49,422 nt of DNA. Origin: a virus. Taxonomy: Duplodnaviria; Caudoviricetes. The notes below the pieces were generated by a model. It saw only the letters and a program-made list of their open reading frames with translations, searched no databases and was not told the DNA's origin. The stretch is taken from positions 1 through 49,422 of the IMG/VR virus record IMGVR_UViG_3300002101_000014; one strand, 5' to 3'. Position 1 is the first letter of the stretch, and the number at the start of each line of letters is the position of its first letter. A program made the position numbers and the translations under genes. Positions 18,787 to 26,069 of the stretch are shown piece after piece.

Positions 18787-19446
18787 TTATCCAATGCATC
18801 CGAACTTCCCATGATAAAATTCTGATGCTTTTGCGTAAGCTTCATGTGCTGCCTCCGCCGTTTCATATCTTCCTACGTTTATTGACTTCCCATCAACTAC
18901 TATCCTCACTCTCCATTTTGTATAATGATATCCAACGCCCTTATACCCACTCTTATTGTTGGATGCTAGCTTTACATTGCGCATGTTTTCTTTATGTGAA
19001 CAAACTCTCATATTACTTTTTCTGCAATCATTTGTTTTATGGTTTATATGATCTACTTCTTTACCAGGCTCAGTATCTAATAAGTATCTATGAAGCCATA
19101 TATCTTTTTCTCTCACCTTATGGCTTGCATGCGCATACCCATCATGTGCAACAAACCAATAGCGTTTAATTACTTTTGGCATATCTTCTTTATCAAAGTA
19201 AAATTCTCTACCTTTTGTATCAGTGCCAACAATATATCCATCTCTTTCCACAAATGTATTGTCATTTCTTCTACCTATTATTCCATGTCCATTGCCATTA
19301 TACCCGCCTAATTGATTATCGGTACACCATTTTCTTACCGTTCCATTCTTAATGTTTAATGCTACAGCTACCTTTTCATAACTTTGTTTCTCTTTCCTTA
19401 ATTCTCTGATAACCTTTTTCTGTTCTTCGGTAAGCATACTCAACAT
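18787..19446 (-). CDS. HNH homing endonuclease with N-terminal HTH and C-terminal AP2 domain
   Basis: LHRYLL...VDHINH...DCRKSNMR....EN; NKSGYKGV...W...I...G.Y.TAEAA..AY; real start may be 19443 or 19437. Confidence 0.9.
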   Translation of the reverse strand: MLSMLTEEQKKVIRELRKEKQSYEKVAVALNIKNGTVRKWCTDNQLGGYNGNGHGIIGRRNDNTFVERDGYIVGTDTKGREFYFDKEDMPKVIKRYWFVAHDGYAHASHKVREKDIWLHRYLLDTEPGKEVDHINHKTNDCRKSNMRVCSHKENMRNVKLASNNKSGYKGVGYHYTKWRVRIVVDGKSINVGRYETAEAAHEAYAKASEFYHGKFGCIG

Positions 19447-19447
19447 T

Positions 19448-19533
19448 CTCCCTATGTTTTATTCTCCATATTTGTATATAAGAAAAAGCACAGTGGAGTT
19501 CTGTGCTTATCGGGAGCTACCCTATTTTCTTAT
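19448..19533 (-). promoter_or_regulatory. Structured RNA leader (three-way junction) of HNH-AP2 gene
   Basis: ATAAGAAAA/TTTTCTTAT encloses GGG-tagct-CCC and AAGCACAG/CTGTGCTT hairpins. Confidence 0.5.
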
Positions 19534-19559
19534 GAAGTCTTTTGACTTTTCTTGATTTA

Positions 19560-19871
19560 TCACCACCGCTCAGCATTTAGTTGCTTCTTATACTTGATTG
19601 TGTGGTGAATCAAATAATGGCAGTTTGAGCAGAGCGCAATTAAATTGTTCTTAGTCAATGCTAATTCAGGATAATCTCTAACATACTTCAAATGGTGAAC
19701 CATTGTAGCCGCCTCAGCCATTCCCTTACCTTTGCATATCTGGCACTCGTTGTGTTGGTCATTTAGTGTCTCTGCTCTTAAAGCCCTCCATGTTGGGGAT
19801 TCGTAAAAGGCTTTGATATTGTGATGGCATATAAGTTTATTAATCCATATTGCTAATGTTGCTTCGTCCAT
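19560..19871 (-). CDS. Terminase-associated HNH (HK97 gp74-like)
   Basis: FYES..WR.LR...ECQIC...VHH......PELAL...NL..LCSNCH..IH...ERW. Confidence 0.9.
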   Translation of the reverse strand: MDEATLAIWINKLICHHNIKAFYESPTWRALRAETLNDQHNECQICKGKGMAEAATMVHHLKYVRDYPELALTKNNLIALCSNCHYLIHHTIKYKKQLNAERW

Positions 19872-20086
19872 TACCTTTGCCTTGTTGGCGGTTTAGGTGG
19901 TCCACTCTTAGATGCTGGAATCCAATATACTTGACTATTACTTACAGTACCTCTCAACATTTTATCTCTAAAGGCTTGGTTTTTCTTATTATCTTTATAC
20001 GTTTCTAAGAAGTTCTTTGTAGCAATAACTATTACTACAATGCTATATGTTATTGCTATATACTCAACATAACTACTTATATACAA
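19871..20086 (-). CDS. Small membrane protein
   Basis: N-terminal hydrophobic helix, GGGGG RBS, Pro-rich tail. Confidence 0.6.
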   Translation of the reverse strand: MYISSYVEYIAITYSIVVIVIATKNFLETYKDNKKNQAFRDKMLRGTVSNSQVYWIPASKSGPPKPPTRQR

Positions 20087-20100
20087 TTTCTAAACCCCCA

Positions 20101-20379
20101 TTACTTACACATCCATCTAACGCCATCAAAGTATGCTGTCATGTCATCACCTTTTGCTAAGTCCATTCCTATAATGTATCCTTCTTCTTTTCCATGTCCA
20201 CAACATGCAGATGTTGCACCCTCTATATGTCCTAGGCAGGCATCACTACCATCCTCGTTAGGCATCCTGCCACATCTCGTACATGGCCTTTCTTCTTTGT
20301 CTACTGACACACCATCTTCATAAACCCATATATTGTTTATATATTTAATTGGATTACCTCTACTATATCCTGTTACCAT
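20101..20379 (-). CDS. Cys-rich hypothetical protein
   Basis: CTRC...DACLGHI...SACCGHG; start moved to MVTGYS (GGGAG RBS). Confidence 0.7.
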   Translation of the reverse strand: MVTGYSRGNPIKYINNIWVYEDGVSVDKEERPCTRCGRMPNEDGSDACLGHIEGATSACCGHGKEEGYIIGMDLAKGDDMTAYFDGVRWMCK

Positions 20380-20402
20380 AAACAAATCTCCCTTAAATTT
20401 CA

Positions 20403-20603
20403 CTAAGATATTCTTACGCCATATTCATAAGCAACTAAAATAACTTTACCGCCACAATCTTTACAAATAGTATCTATTACCTTCCAGTTATCTGTACTTG
20501 TTTCTTTATTAGGTTCAGGCTCTTTATTACATTTCTCACATGTGGGTTTTACTTCATACTTTCTTTTTCTACCCAGATATCTCACCTCGATTATTTTAAG
20601 CAT
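20403..20603 (-). CDS. Small zinc-ribbon protein
   Basis: CEKC...CKDCGG. Confidence 0.55.
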   Translation of the reverse strand: MLKIIEVRYLGRKRKYEVKPTCEKCNKEPEPNKETSTDNWKVIDTICKDCGGKVILVAYEYGVRIS

Positions 20604-20605
20604 GG

Positions 20606-20634
20606 AAAAAGAGCCCTGTTAAGAGCTCTTTTTT
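20606..20634. terminator. Bidirectional intrinsic terminator
   Basis: AAAAAGAGCCCT-gtta-AGAGCTCTTTTTT. Confidence 0.65.
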
Positions 20635-20636
20635 AA

Positions 20637-20795
20637 CTAACCTTTATACCCATTTCTACTAGCATTATCGGTGCAATCGGATTTATTAGCATATCCACCT
20701 GCTGAGGCACCTACTATGTTGCCATTAGGTGATGTTCTTCTCCATCTCCACTGATCAGCAGCATCTTTGTAAAATTCCCATTTATCTTCATGCAT
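20637..20795 (-). CDS. YegP/DUF1508-like protein (52 aa, absent from ORF track)
   Basis: MHEDKWEFYKDAADQWRWRRTSPNGNIVGASAGGYANKSDCTDNASRNGYKG; GGGAGG RBS. Confidence 0.8.
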   Translation of the reverse strand: MHEDKWEFYKDAADQWRWRRTSPNGNIVGASAGGYANKSDCTDNASRNGYKG

Positions 20796-20820
20796 AAAAT
20801 CGCCTCCCTTCTTTCCTTAT

Positions 20821-20858
20821 ATTTCTACAAAAGGAGGCAGATACCTTTATATGTCGAA
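20821..20858 (-). promoter_or_regulatory. SigH-like promoter with adjacent Spo0A box
   Basis: Minus AAAGGT-17-GAAAT (20848-20821); TGTCGAA at 20852-20858. Confidence 0.55.
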
Positions 20859-20861
20859 CGA

Positions 20862-20990
20862 TTATCTCCAGAACATCAGCACTACACTTAATCCCCAAAC
20901 AACTATCAATCCTTTAGCAACTATCTTTCTAACATTATTATGTTTAATTTTATATTCCCTATAACCTCTTAGGATATATCTGCCACTCAT
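20862..20990 (-). CDS. Small membrane protein (42 aa, absent from ORF track)
   Basis: GAGGTG RBS, ATGA overlap, hydrophobic C-terminus GLIVVWGLSVVLMFW. Confidence 0.55.
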   Translation of the reverse strand: MSGRYILRGYREYKIKHNNVRKIVAKGLIVVWGLSVVLMFWR

Positions 20991-21187
20991 TTAGGCACCT
21001 CTACTTGATTCATAACACCTATGATATGTTTATTACATATAATGTCACCATCTAACCTATGCCAGTCTGTAGGAATAGGTGGGAAGAATGGCATCCCAAT
21101 CCCGACATAACTAAAGTTAATTGTTTCAGTTACCTCACTGTTACAACCTATACATGAGCATTTAGACTTTACAGTTATCTCTATCAT
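20987..21187 (-). CDS. Hypothetical protein
   Basis: GGAGG RBS; Cys/His motifs. Confidence 0.65.
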   Translation of the reverse strand: MIEITVKSKCSCIGCNSEVTETINFSYVGIGMPFFPPIPTDWHRLDGDIICNKHIIGVMNQVEVPK

Positions 21188-21389
21188 TTATGATTTCCTC
21201 CGCACCTAAGACTTGTCCCTTAAATTTAAATTCTCTTTTATATGACCTTGTCCTAGCTTTTAAAGGCTGGCATTTCTCTCTTTGTTCTTTTACTGTTTTA
21301 TATTTTTTACATGATATACAGCACCTAAGACAGCCTTCTCTAATTAACTGATCTTCTAATTCTCTTTCTATATATTTAGGTTCATTCAT
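21162..21389 (-). CDS. Hypothetical protein
   Basis: Translationally coupled; CCISC motif. Confidence 0.65.
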   Translation of the reverse strand: MNEPKYIERELEDQLIREGCLRCCISCKKYKTVKEQREKCQPLKARTRSYKREFKFKGQVLGAEEIINDRDNCKV

Positions 21390-21664
21390 AGCATTGACCC
21401 TACTATTCTAAAACTATAAAAAATCAATGGATGTTCTTCTGAACCTATATCTTTACTTTCAACAACAAACCTTAAATTTAATAATGTGGCAGCATCTATG
21501 TAAGGCTGCAAATCTTCCTGCTTTTCACGCATTATTTCTTTTACTTGTTTAACTGCTGGCATTGGAATTTTTATTTGTGTTGTTATGTATTTAAGTTCTT
21601 CATAACTCTTTTTCTTCCCAAAATGCTTATTAAGGTATTCACCCCAACTAAATTTTTTACTCAT
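21386..21664 (-). CDS. Hypothetical protein
   Basis: ATGA-coupled, GGGAG RBS. Confidence 0.65.
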   Translation of the reverse strand: MSKKFSWGEYLNKHFGKKKSYEELKYITTQIKIPMPAVKQVKEIMREKQEDLQPYIDAATLLNLRFVVESKDIGSEEHPLIFYSFRIVGSML

Positions 21665-21867
21665 TTATGATTTCTCCCTTTATCTATAATTACACCATGT
21701 CTTCTCTCAAAACTGTCATGATCCATACACTCATTTATTCCTTCATAAGGCTTGAGTGAGAATTCTAATACTTCACAGACCTTAAATCTATCGCAGCCTG
21801 GATTGCCAAATAGGCAGGCGCATTGTAACTCTTTTTCTTTCCATCTGGTATTAAATTTATATCTCAC
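21661..21867 (-). CDS. Hypothetical protein
   Basis: GAGGTG RBS, GTG start. Confidence 0.65.
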   Translation of the reverse strand: MRYKFNTRWKEKELQCACLFGNPGCDRFKVCEVLEFSLKPYEGINECMDHDSFERRHGVIIDKGRNHK

Positions 21868-21900
21868 ACTCTCACCTCTTATATAAAATAAAAAGAGTAG

Positions 21901-22098
21901 TTATTTGCTACTCCCAATTAATTCGTTGTATTCTTCTATCCATTCTCTAGGTACCGTCTTTTTAGCTACTGTATATCTTTCTATAGCTTTAGTTATATCT
22001 ATTATTCTTTGTTCTTGGTATACAAACTTAGGTATTAGTCCTAAAGGAGGTTTTTCACTTTTAATCGTTCCTTTGGTTATATCATCCAATTTACTCAC
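21901..22098 (-). CDS. Hypothetical phage protein
   Basis: KPPLGLIPK...RI..I..AIERY......PREWIEE; GAGGAG RBS. Confidence 0.75.
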   Translation of the reverse strand: MSKLDDITKGTIKSEKPPLGLIPKFVYQEQRIIDITKAIERYTVAKKTVPREWIEEYNELIGSSK

Positions 22099-22116
22099 TC
22101 CTCATAATTAAAGATA

Positions 22117-22151
22117 TAAAAATAAGGCGTCCGCGATTGGATGCCTTATTT
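22117..22151 (-). terminator. Terminator after late-promoter leader
   Basis: Minus AAATAAGGCATCC-aatcgc-GGACGCCTTATTTTT. Confidence 0.7.
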
Positions 22152-22205
22152 AAAAAAAGAGGGAAAAAGATAATGACTATCAAAGTATTAAAATTCTTAA
22201 CAATA

Positions 22206-22643
22206 TTATTGTATACCTTTCAATGTGGTATTAGGTGGTATACTTTTTATATATTTATCATGTTTTTTTCTAACCGTTTCAAAAGAATAATTCATGTTTG
22301 CCCCTATCTCTTGCCATGTCATTCCGTTTATATATCTATACATGAGTATTTGTCTTAAGTCGCTATCTGTTAGACTGCATATATACTCTGTTAGCATGTC
22401 TTTTTCTTCCATGAGCTCTTCCAGCTTGCGGTTTAATCTATTGTGTATTCTTTTAACCTTACGGTCGTATTCTCCTGTATCATAACCACCTATTTTTAAG
22501 TTATATTCCGTATATGGAAATTCTACAGTTGAAGCCTTTACTGAATCCTTTACATATTCGGGCTTTATATTTTCTAGTTCGTGTTTGATTTGTTCAACTT
22601 CGGCTGTTATTTTTTTAAGCTTGGACAATTCTTCTTTAGTCAT
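22206..22643 (-). CDS. ArpU/RinA-like late transcription activator
   Basis: MTKEELS...RQILMYRYINGMTWQEIG (sigma region-4-like HTH); last gene of early/middle operon. Confidence 0.8.
   Translation of the reverse strand: MTKEELSKLKKITAEVEQIKHELENIKPEYVKDSVKASTVEFPYTEYNLKIGGYDTGEYDRKVKRIHNRLNRKLEELMEEKDMLTEYICSLTDSDLRQILMYRYINGMTWQEIGANMNYSFETVRKKHDKYIKSIPPNTTLKGIQ
22208..22241 (-). promoter_or_regulatory. Putative late promoter with direct repeats
   Basis: ATACCAC twice, 10 bp apart, then TACAAT at the 3' end of the regulator gene. Confidence 0.45.
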
Positions 22644-22768
22644 CCTCTTTGCCCCTTTAATTTTTTAATTGGCTTTTCTTTCAACTCTTTCTTGGTAAAT
22701 TTTGAAGCTTTAAAGCATCTAGAGCATTCAGTCATTAATCTATTTTGGCAATCATTACATTTATTCAT
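22640..22768 (-). CDS. Small Cys-rich protein (42 aa, absent from ORF track)
   Basis: AGGAG RBS; MNKCNDC...CSRC; ATGA overlap. Confidence 0.55.
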   Translation of the reverse strand: MNKCNDCQNRLMTECSRCFKASKFTKKELKEKPIKKLKGQRG

Positions 22769-22778
22769 TTCTAACTCC

Positions 22779-23336
22779 TTATAAATCAATTTCTTCATTC
22801 CATCTATCTCCGAATTTTTCTCTGCCTATTCTCATGAGCTCCCAATACTTATTTCTATAGTCCTCCATTTGCCTTTCAAATTGTTTACTTTGTCTTGTTA
22901 TCTGCTCAATTAATGTTGGACTATTGCTTCTTATCTGTTTTTCAACTTCTCTGTATAACGATCTAATCATAGAATTTTTTAATGTTTGTTCATCCTCTTT
23001 TAGAGGTTGCCTTTTAGCTCTCTTTACACTAGATTGTCCAATATAAACCCCTATATGGCTAGGTATTTCACCTTTTACAAGTTCGTAAAGCTCTTTAGTC
23101 ATAACATAGTAATTAAAATGTCCTATAAAAGTATTTTTAGCTTTACTATGGAAATCTGACTTTGATATTTTAACTTCGTAGCATCTCCATACTCCATTAG
23201 TGTCATAGGTCATATAATTAACTCTTTCACGCCCAAACCATCCTATGGTCACCTCATAGCAACCAAATACACTTTGTTTATGGGTAGCTATCCAAATATC
23301 TTTTTCGAGTTGTAATGTCGTTTCGGTTTTAGCCAT
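22779..23336 (-). CDS. MmcB-like PD-(D/E)XK fold protein
   Basis: EVTIG...RV(N)YM.....RCYEVKISKSDF...GHFNYYV. Confidence 0.65.
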   Translation of the reverse strand: MAKTETTLQLEKDIWIATHKQSVFGCYEVTIGWFGRERVNYMTYDTNGVWRCYEVKISKSDFHSKAKNTFIGHFNYYVMTKELYELVKGEIPSHIGVYIGQSSVKRAKRQPLKEDEQTLKNSMIRSLYREVEKQIRSNSPTLIEQITRQSKQFERQMEDYRNKYWELMRIGREKFGDRWNEEIDL

Positions 23337-23340
23337 TCCC

Positions 23341-23499
23341 TCAACTCCTTAAAATTAATATCAATAAAGCAGTTAATATCCCATAAAGTATATTTGCTAT
23401 ACCCTTTAATTTTTTATTATCACTAGTAAATATTATCGACCTTATAATGAAAAATATTATTATCAGAAGGAATAATGTTTGTACTATTGGCTTAATCAT
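23341..23499 (-). CDS. Small two-TM membrane protein (52 aa, absent from ORF track)
   Basis: AGGAGG RBS, ATGA overlap, two hydrophobic segments. Confidence 0.6.
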   Translation of the reverse strand: MIKPIVQTLFLLIIIFFIIRSIIFTSDNKKLKGIANILYGILTALLILILRS

Positions 23500-23780
23500 A
23501 GCCTTTTCCCTCCTTGGGATCGGATTGGTGGTGGAATTGGTGGTGAGTTTGGCGGCCCATATCTTTCACTGCAATATTTCGTAATTGGAACCGTATACCC
23601 ACTATCATAAGTATTTAGTTCATTTATTTTATTAACATACTTATCATATAATTTATCTCTTATAGCACAGATATTAATATATTGTCTTCTAAGCTTAGGT
23701 GTGGATTCACCAGTTTTTTTATATTCGCACTCTATGTCATAAGCCCACTTGTCCATCTCTGTCCATATTGGTTGGCTCAT
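23496..23780 (-). CDS. Hypothetical protein with Pro-rich tail
   Basis: Coupled ORF. Confidence 0.65.
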   Translation of the reverse strand: MSQPIWTEMDKWAYDIECEYKKTGESTPKLRRQYINICAIRDKLYDKYVNKINELNTYDSGYTVPITKYCSERYGPPNSPPIPPPIRSQGGKRL

Positions 23781-24190
23781 GGTTTCACCAGCTCTGAATT
23801 TTCATAAATATTCCCAATAACTTCTAAATCTGTATCATACATAAATTGTTGTGTAGAATCATTATTTATAACAAAACAAGCTAGCTTTTCATCAAATGTA
23901 ACAATTCCTATCCAAAATCCTTCAAAACATATATTATTTTTAACCCTGCCGCCCTCATAAATTTCTTTATCATTCATATCTTTTCGCCCTGTATATTGAC
24001 CTACTGTTTCTGGGATAACCTCACATTCTTTAGAGTAGATACTATAAAATGGTTTTCCATTTATGTTGTGGGTAAATGTTCTTTCAGCTTCTGTGGTTAT
24101 CGTGTTCGTTCCATCTTTATAGACTAATAAATATCCATATACCCATTGACCGTTATCAACTCTTTTACCTCTGAATTTTATATCTCTCAT
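23777..24190 (-). CDS. YopX family protein
   Basis: MRDIKFRGK...WVYG...TVGQYTG.KD.N.KEIYEG...EVIGNIYEN. Confidence 0.92.
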   Translation of the reverse strand: MRDIKFRGKRVDNGQWVYGYLLVYKDGTNTITTEAERTFTHNINGKPFYSIYSKECEVIPETVGQYTGRKDMNDKEIYEGGRVKNNICFEGFWIGIVTFDEKLACFVINNDSTQQFMYDTDLEVIGNIYENSELVKP

Positions 24191-24388
24191 TTATTTTCCC
24201 TCCCAAAATTCTTTCATTTCTTCCTTACTTGCTGGCTCTAGCTTATATATATCTTCTAGTTCTTTTTCTTCTAGTTCTTCTTCTTCTATCCTCGACCATA
24301 TGCTGCTCATTTTCATTAAGCTCATTGCCACTACAAGCATATCAACAACTATTACTATTAAGCTTGTTATTATTAATGTTTTTAACAC
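24191..24388 (-). CDS. Small membrane protein with acidic tail
   Basis: GGAGG RBS, hydrophobic N-terminus. Confidence 0.6.
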   Translation of the reverse strand: MLKTLIITSLIVIVVDMLVVAMSLMKMSSIWSRIEEEELEEKELEDIYKLEPASKEEMKEFWEGK

Positions 24389-24390
24389 CT

Positions 24391-24690
24391 TTAAACCTCC
24401 TTAAATTCAATCAATTTTCCCCATATCTTTTTAAAGTTTTTAAATCCTAAACTACTCTCATATTCATTTCCTTTATTCTTTGATTCTATTGCGCCCCCAA
24501 TAAATATTTTATATGTTTGGTAGTTTGTAAGTGATGGATTTATCTTAGCTGACAAATCCTTATTTTTTTCAAACCAGCTTAGAAATTTCTCTGATTTAAA
24601 GAACTCAATTGCATCATCAATCTTTATAGTAGCGTAAACTATTTCTTTAAATCCCTTATATCTTGACTGCCTGTATAATTGGATAATCAT
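24391..24690 (-). CDS. Hypothetical protein
   Basis: GGAGG RBS. Confidence 0.7.
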   Translation of the reverse strand: MIIQLYRQSRYKGFKEIVYATIKIDDAIEFFKSEKFLSWFEKNKDLSAKINPSLTNYQTYKIFIGGAIESKNKGNEYESSLGFKNFKKIWGKLIEFKEV

Positions 24691-24692
24691 TT

Positions 24693-25127
24693 CTATTCCT
24701 CCTTAATCTCATTAATTTCTTTATACTTTTTAATTCTTGCATCTGCATACGGTTTGCCTGTCCAGTGTGCTATTTCCTCCAAATAAAATGGTTCATCGCA
24801 CCTCGGGCAATTAGGAATCATTTTATGTCCTCTGTAATGTTCCTCAAGCCTTTTGATTGTTATTAAATATGGTTTATAGGTTGCTATCTGCTTCCTTTGC
24901 TCTAACATAATTTCAAGTTGCGTATTTCTTCTTTCGTCTTGATATGCTAAATCATATAAGGCATCATATGGGTCAACTGCTGAGCCACAACTTGCACATG
25001 TTATTCTTTTATTGTCTGTGTCAATAATAAATTTTCTATCTTCGCACTTGCATATTTTGCCTAAGCCTCTTTTAATCCTCATTTGGTCAAGACCTATTAT
25101 TTTTTCAGGTAATTCGTCCACTTTCAT
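24693..25127 (-). CDS. Zinc-finger hypothetical phage protein
   Basis: CKC, CASCG, CPRC motifs. Confidence 0.75.
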   Translation of the reverse strand: MKVDELPEKIIGLDQMRIKRGLGKICKCEDRKFIIDTDNKRITCASCGSAVDPYDALYDLAYQDERRNTQLEIMLEQRKQIATYKPYLITIKRLEEHYRGHKMIPNCPRCDEPFYLEEIAHWTGKPYADARIKKYKEINEIKEE

Positions 25128-25143
25128 TCCTCCTTAACTTTAA

Positions 25144-25491
25144 TTAGTTTAGTATTTCTGTTTTTAAAACTGTTATCTTTCCACTGCTAATTCTGCATGT
25201 TGTTTTAACGCTATAATCCTTTTCATTTCCCATATCCATTCCTATAAAAATTTTATTATATAATTTTTTTATCTTTTTAAAAGGAGCGTACTGATTACTA
25301 AATAAGGCTTTTGTAATTTGCTTAAACGTATAAGTTTTACCATTTTTTCTACCACTCAAAATTATATGGCTATTTATAAACCTGTATCTTTCATCAATTA
25401 TTTTCTTCCTTTTCTTTTTTAATCGCTTATTAGTATTCTCACCCCTATTCCTTATCCATTTTAATTGGATAAATCTTATATAGCTTTTCAA
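25144..25491 (-). CDS. Hypothetical protein with terminase-like motifs; start uncertain, possibly a pseudogene
   Basis: SGRKNGKT and IGMDMG..KD; no good RBS at TTG 25491. Confidence 0.45.
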   Translation of the reverse strand: MKSYIRFIQLKWIRNRGENTNKRLKKKRKKIIDERYRFINSHIILSGRKNGKTYTFKQITKALFSNQYAPFKKIKKLYNKIFIGMDMGNEKDYSVKTTCRISSGKITVLKTEILN

Positions 25492-26041
25492 ATTCTTCTA
25501 ACCCCTTAAATTTGGCTATATCGTGGCATATATCGCATAGAGATAGCTTCATGTCCCTTACTGAGTAGATAATACTAGGCTTACCACATTGACTGCATAC
25601 TTCATTTTTTATACACATGTAAAGGTACCTATCGATATCGTCTGTCCTGTCTATCCCCCTGCCTGTTAGTGGTATGTCATGTTCTATCGCATACTCCATA
25701 ATGTAGTTTATAAGTCCTCTTGCAGTTTCCAGACTACAATCACTAAGAGAAAAGAACTCTATATCTTCAAAGTCTGCATAGGCTGATATCATGTCATACC
25801 TTATTAGTTCTCTGGGATCCCCTTGGAAGTCTGCTATATCTTTTACCGTGCTGAAAATCATTTTTCTTTGCTCGTTAGTTATTCTTCGAGAATCCCAGAA
25901 CTTAATTACTCCATATAGTCCTTCTTTGGTGCTGTATTTTAGTACCTCCTCCAAAGGAGTATTTAAGCCAACCAATAGAAAGGTATGTCCATTTTCTTCT
26001 TTTGATTTTAGTATTTGTACTGGCTGACTTAAGATTTTCAT
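25445..26041 (-). CDS. Putative HNHc/DUF968-like nuclease-related protein
   Basis: D.RRIT.EQRK.I...FSLSDCS...A...I...CSQCGK...LCDICH. Confidence 0.7.
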   Translation of the reverse strand: MKILSQPVQILKSKEENGHTFLLVGLNTPLEEVLKYSTKEGLYGVIKFWDSRRITNEQRKMIFSTVKDIADFQGDPRELIRYDMISAYADFEDIEFFSLSDCSLETARGLINYIMEYAIEHDIPLTGRGIDRTDDIDRYLYMCIKNEVCSQCGKPSIIYSVRDMKLSLCDICHDIAKFKGLEEFEKLYKIYPIKMDKE

Positions 26042-26069
26042 GGGTTCAACTCCCTTTTAATTAAACATC

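Noticed and set aside
1425-19311. Plus-strand and nested ORFs over structural genes (1425, 2891, 5894, 6868, 7663, 8134, 9419, 11297, 12743, 13892, 14612, 17146, 17201, 17532, 18368, 18825, 19090)
   Set aside because: Shadow frames of well-supported genes with no recognisable motifs
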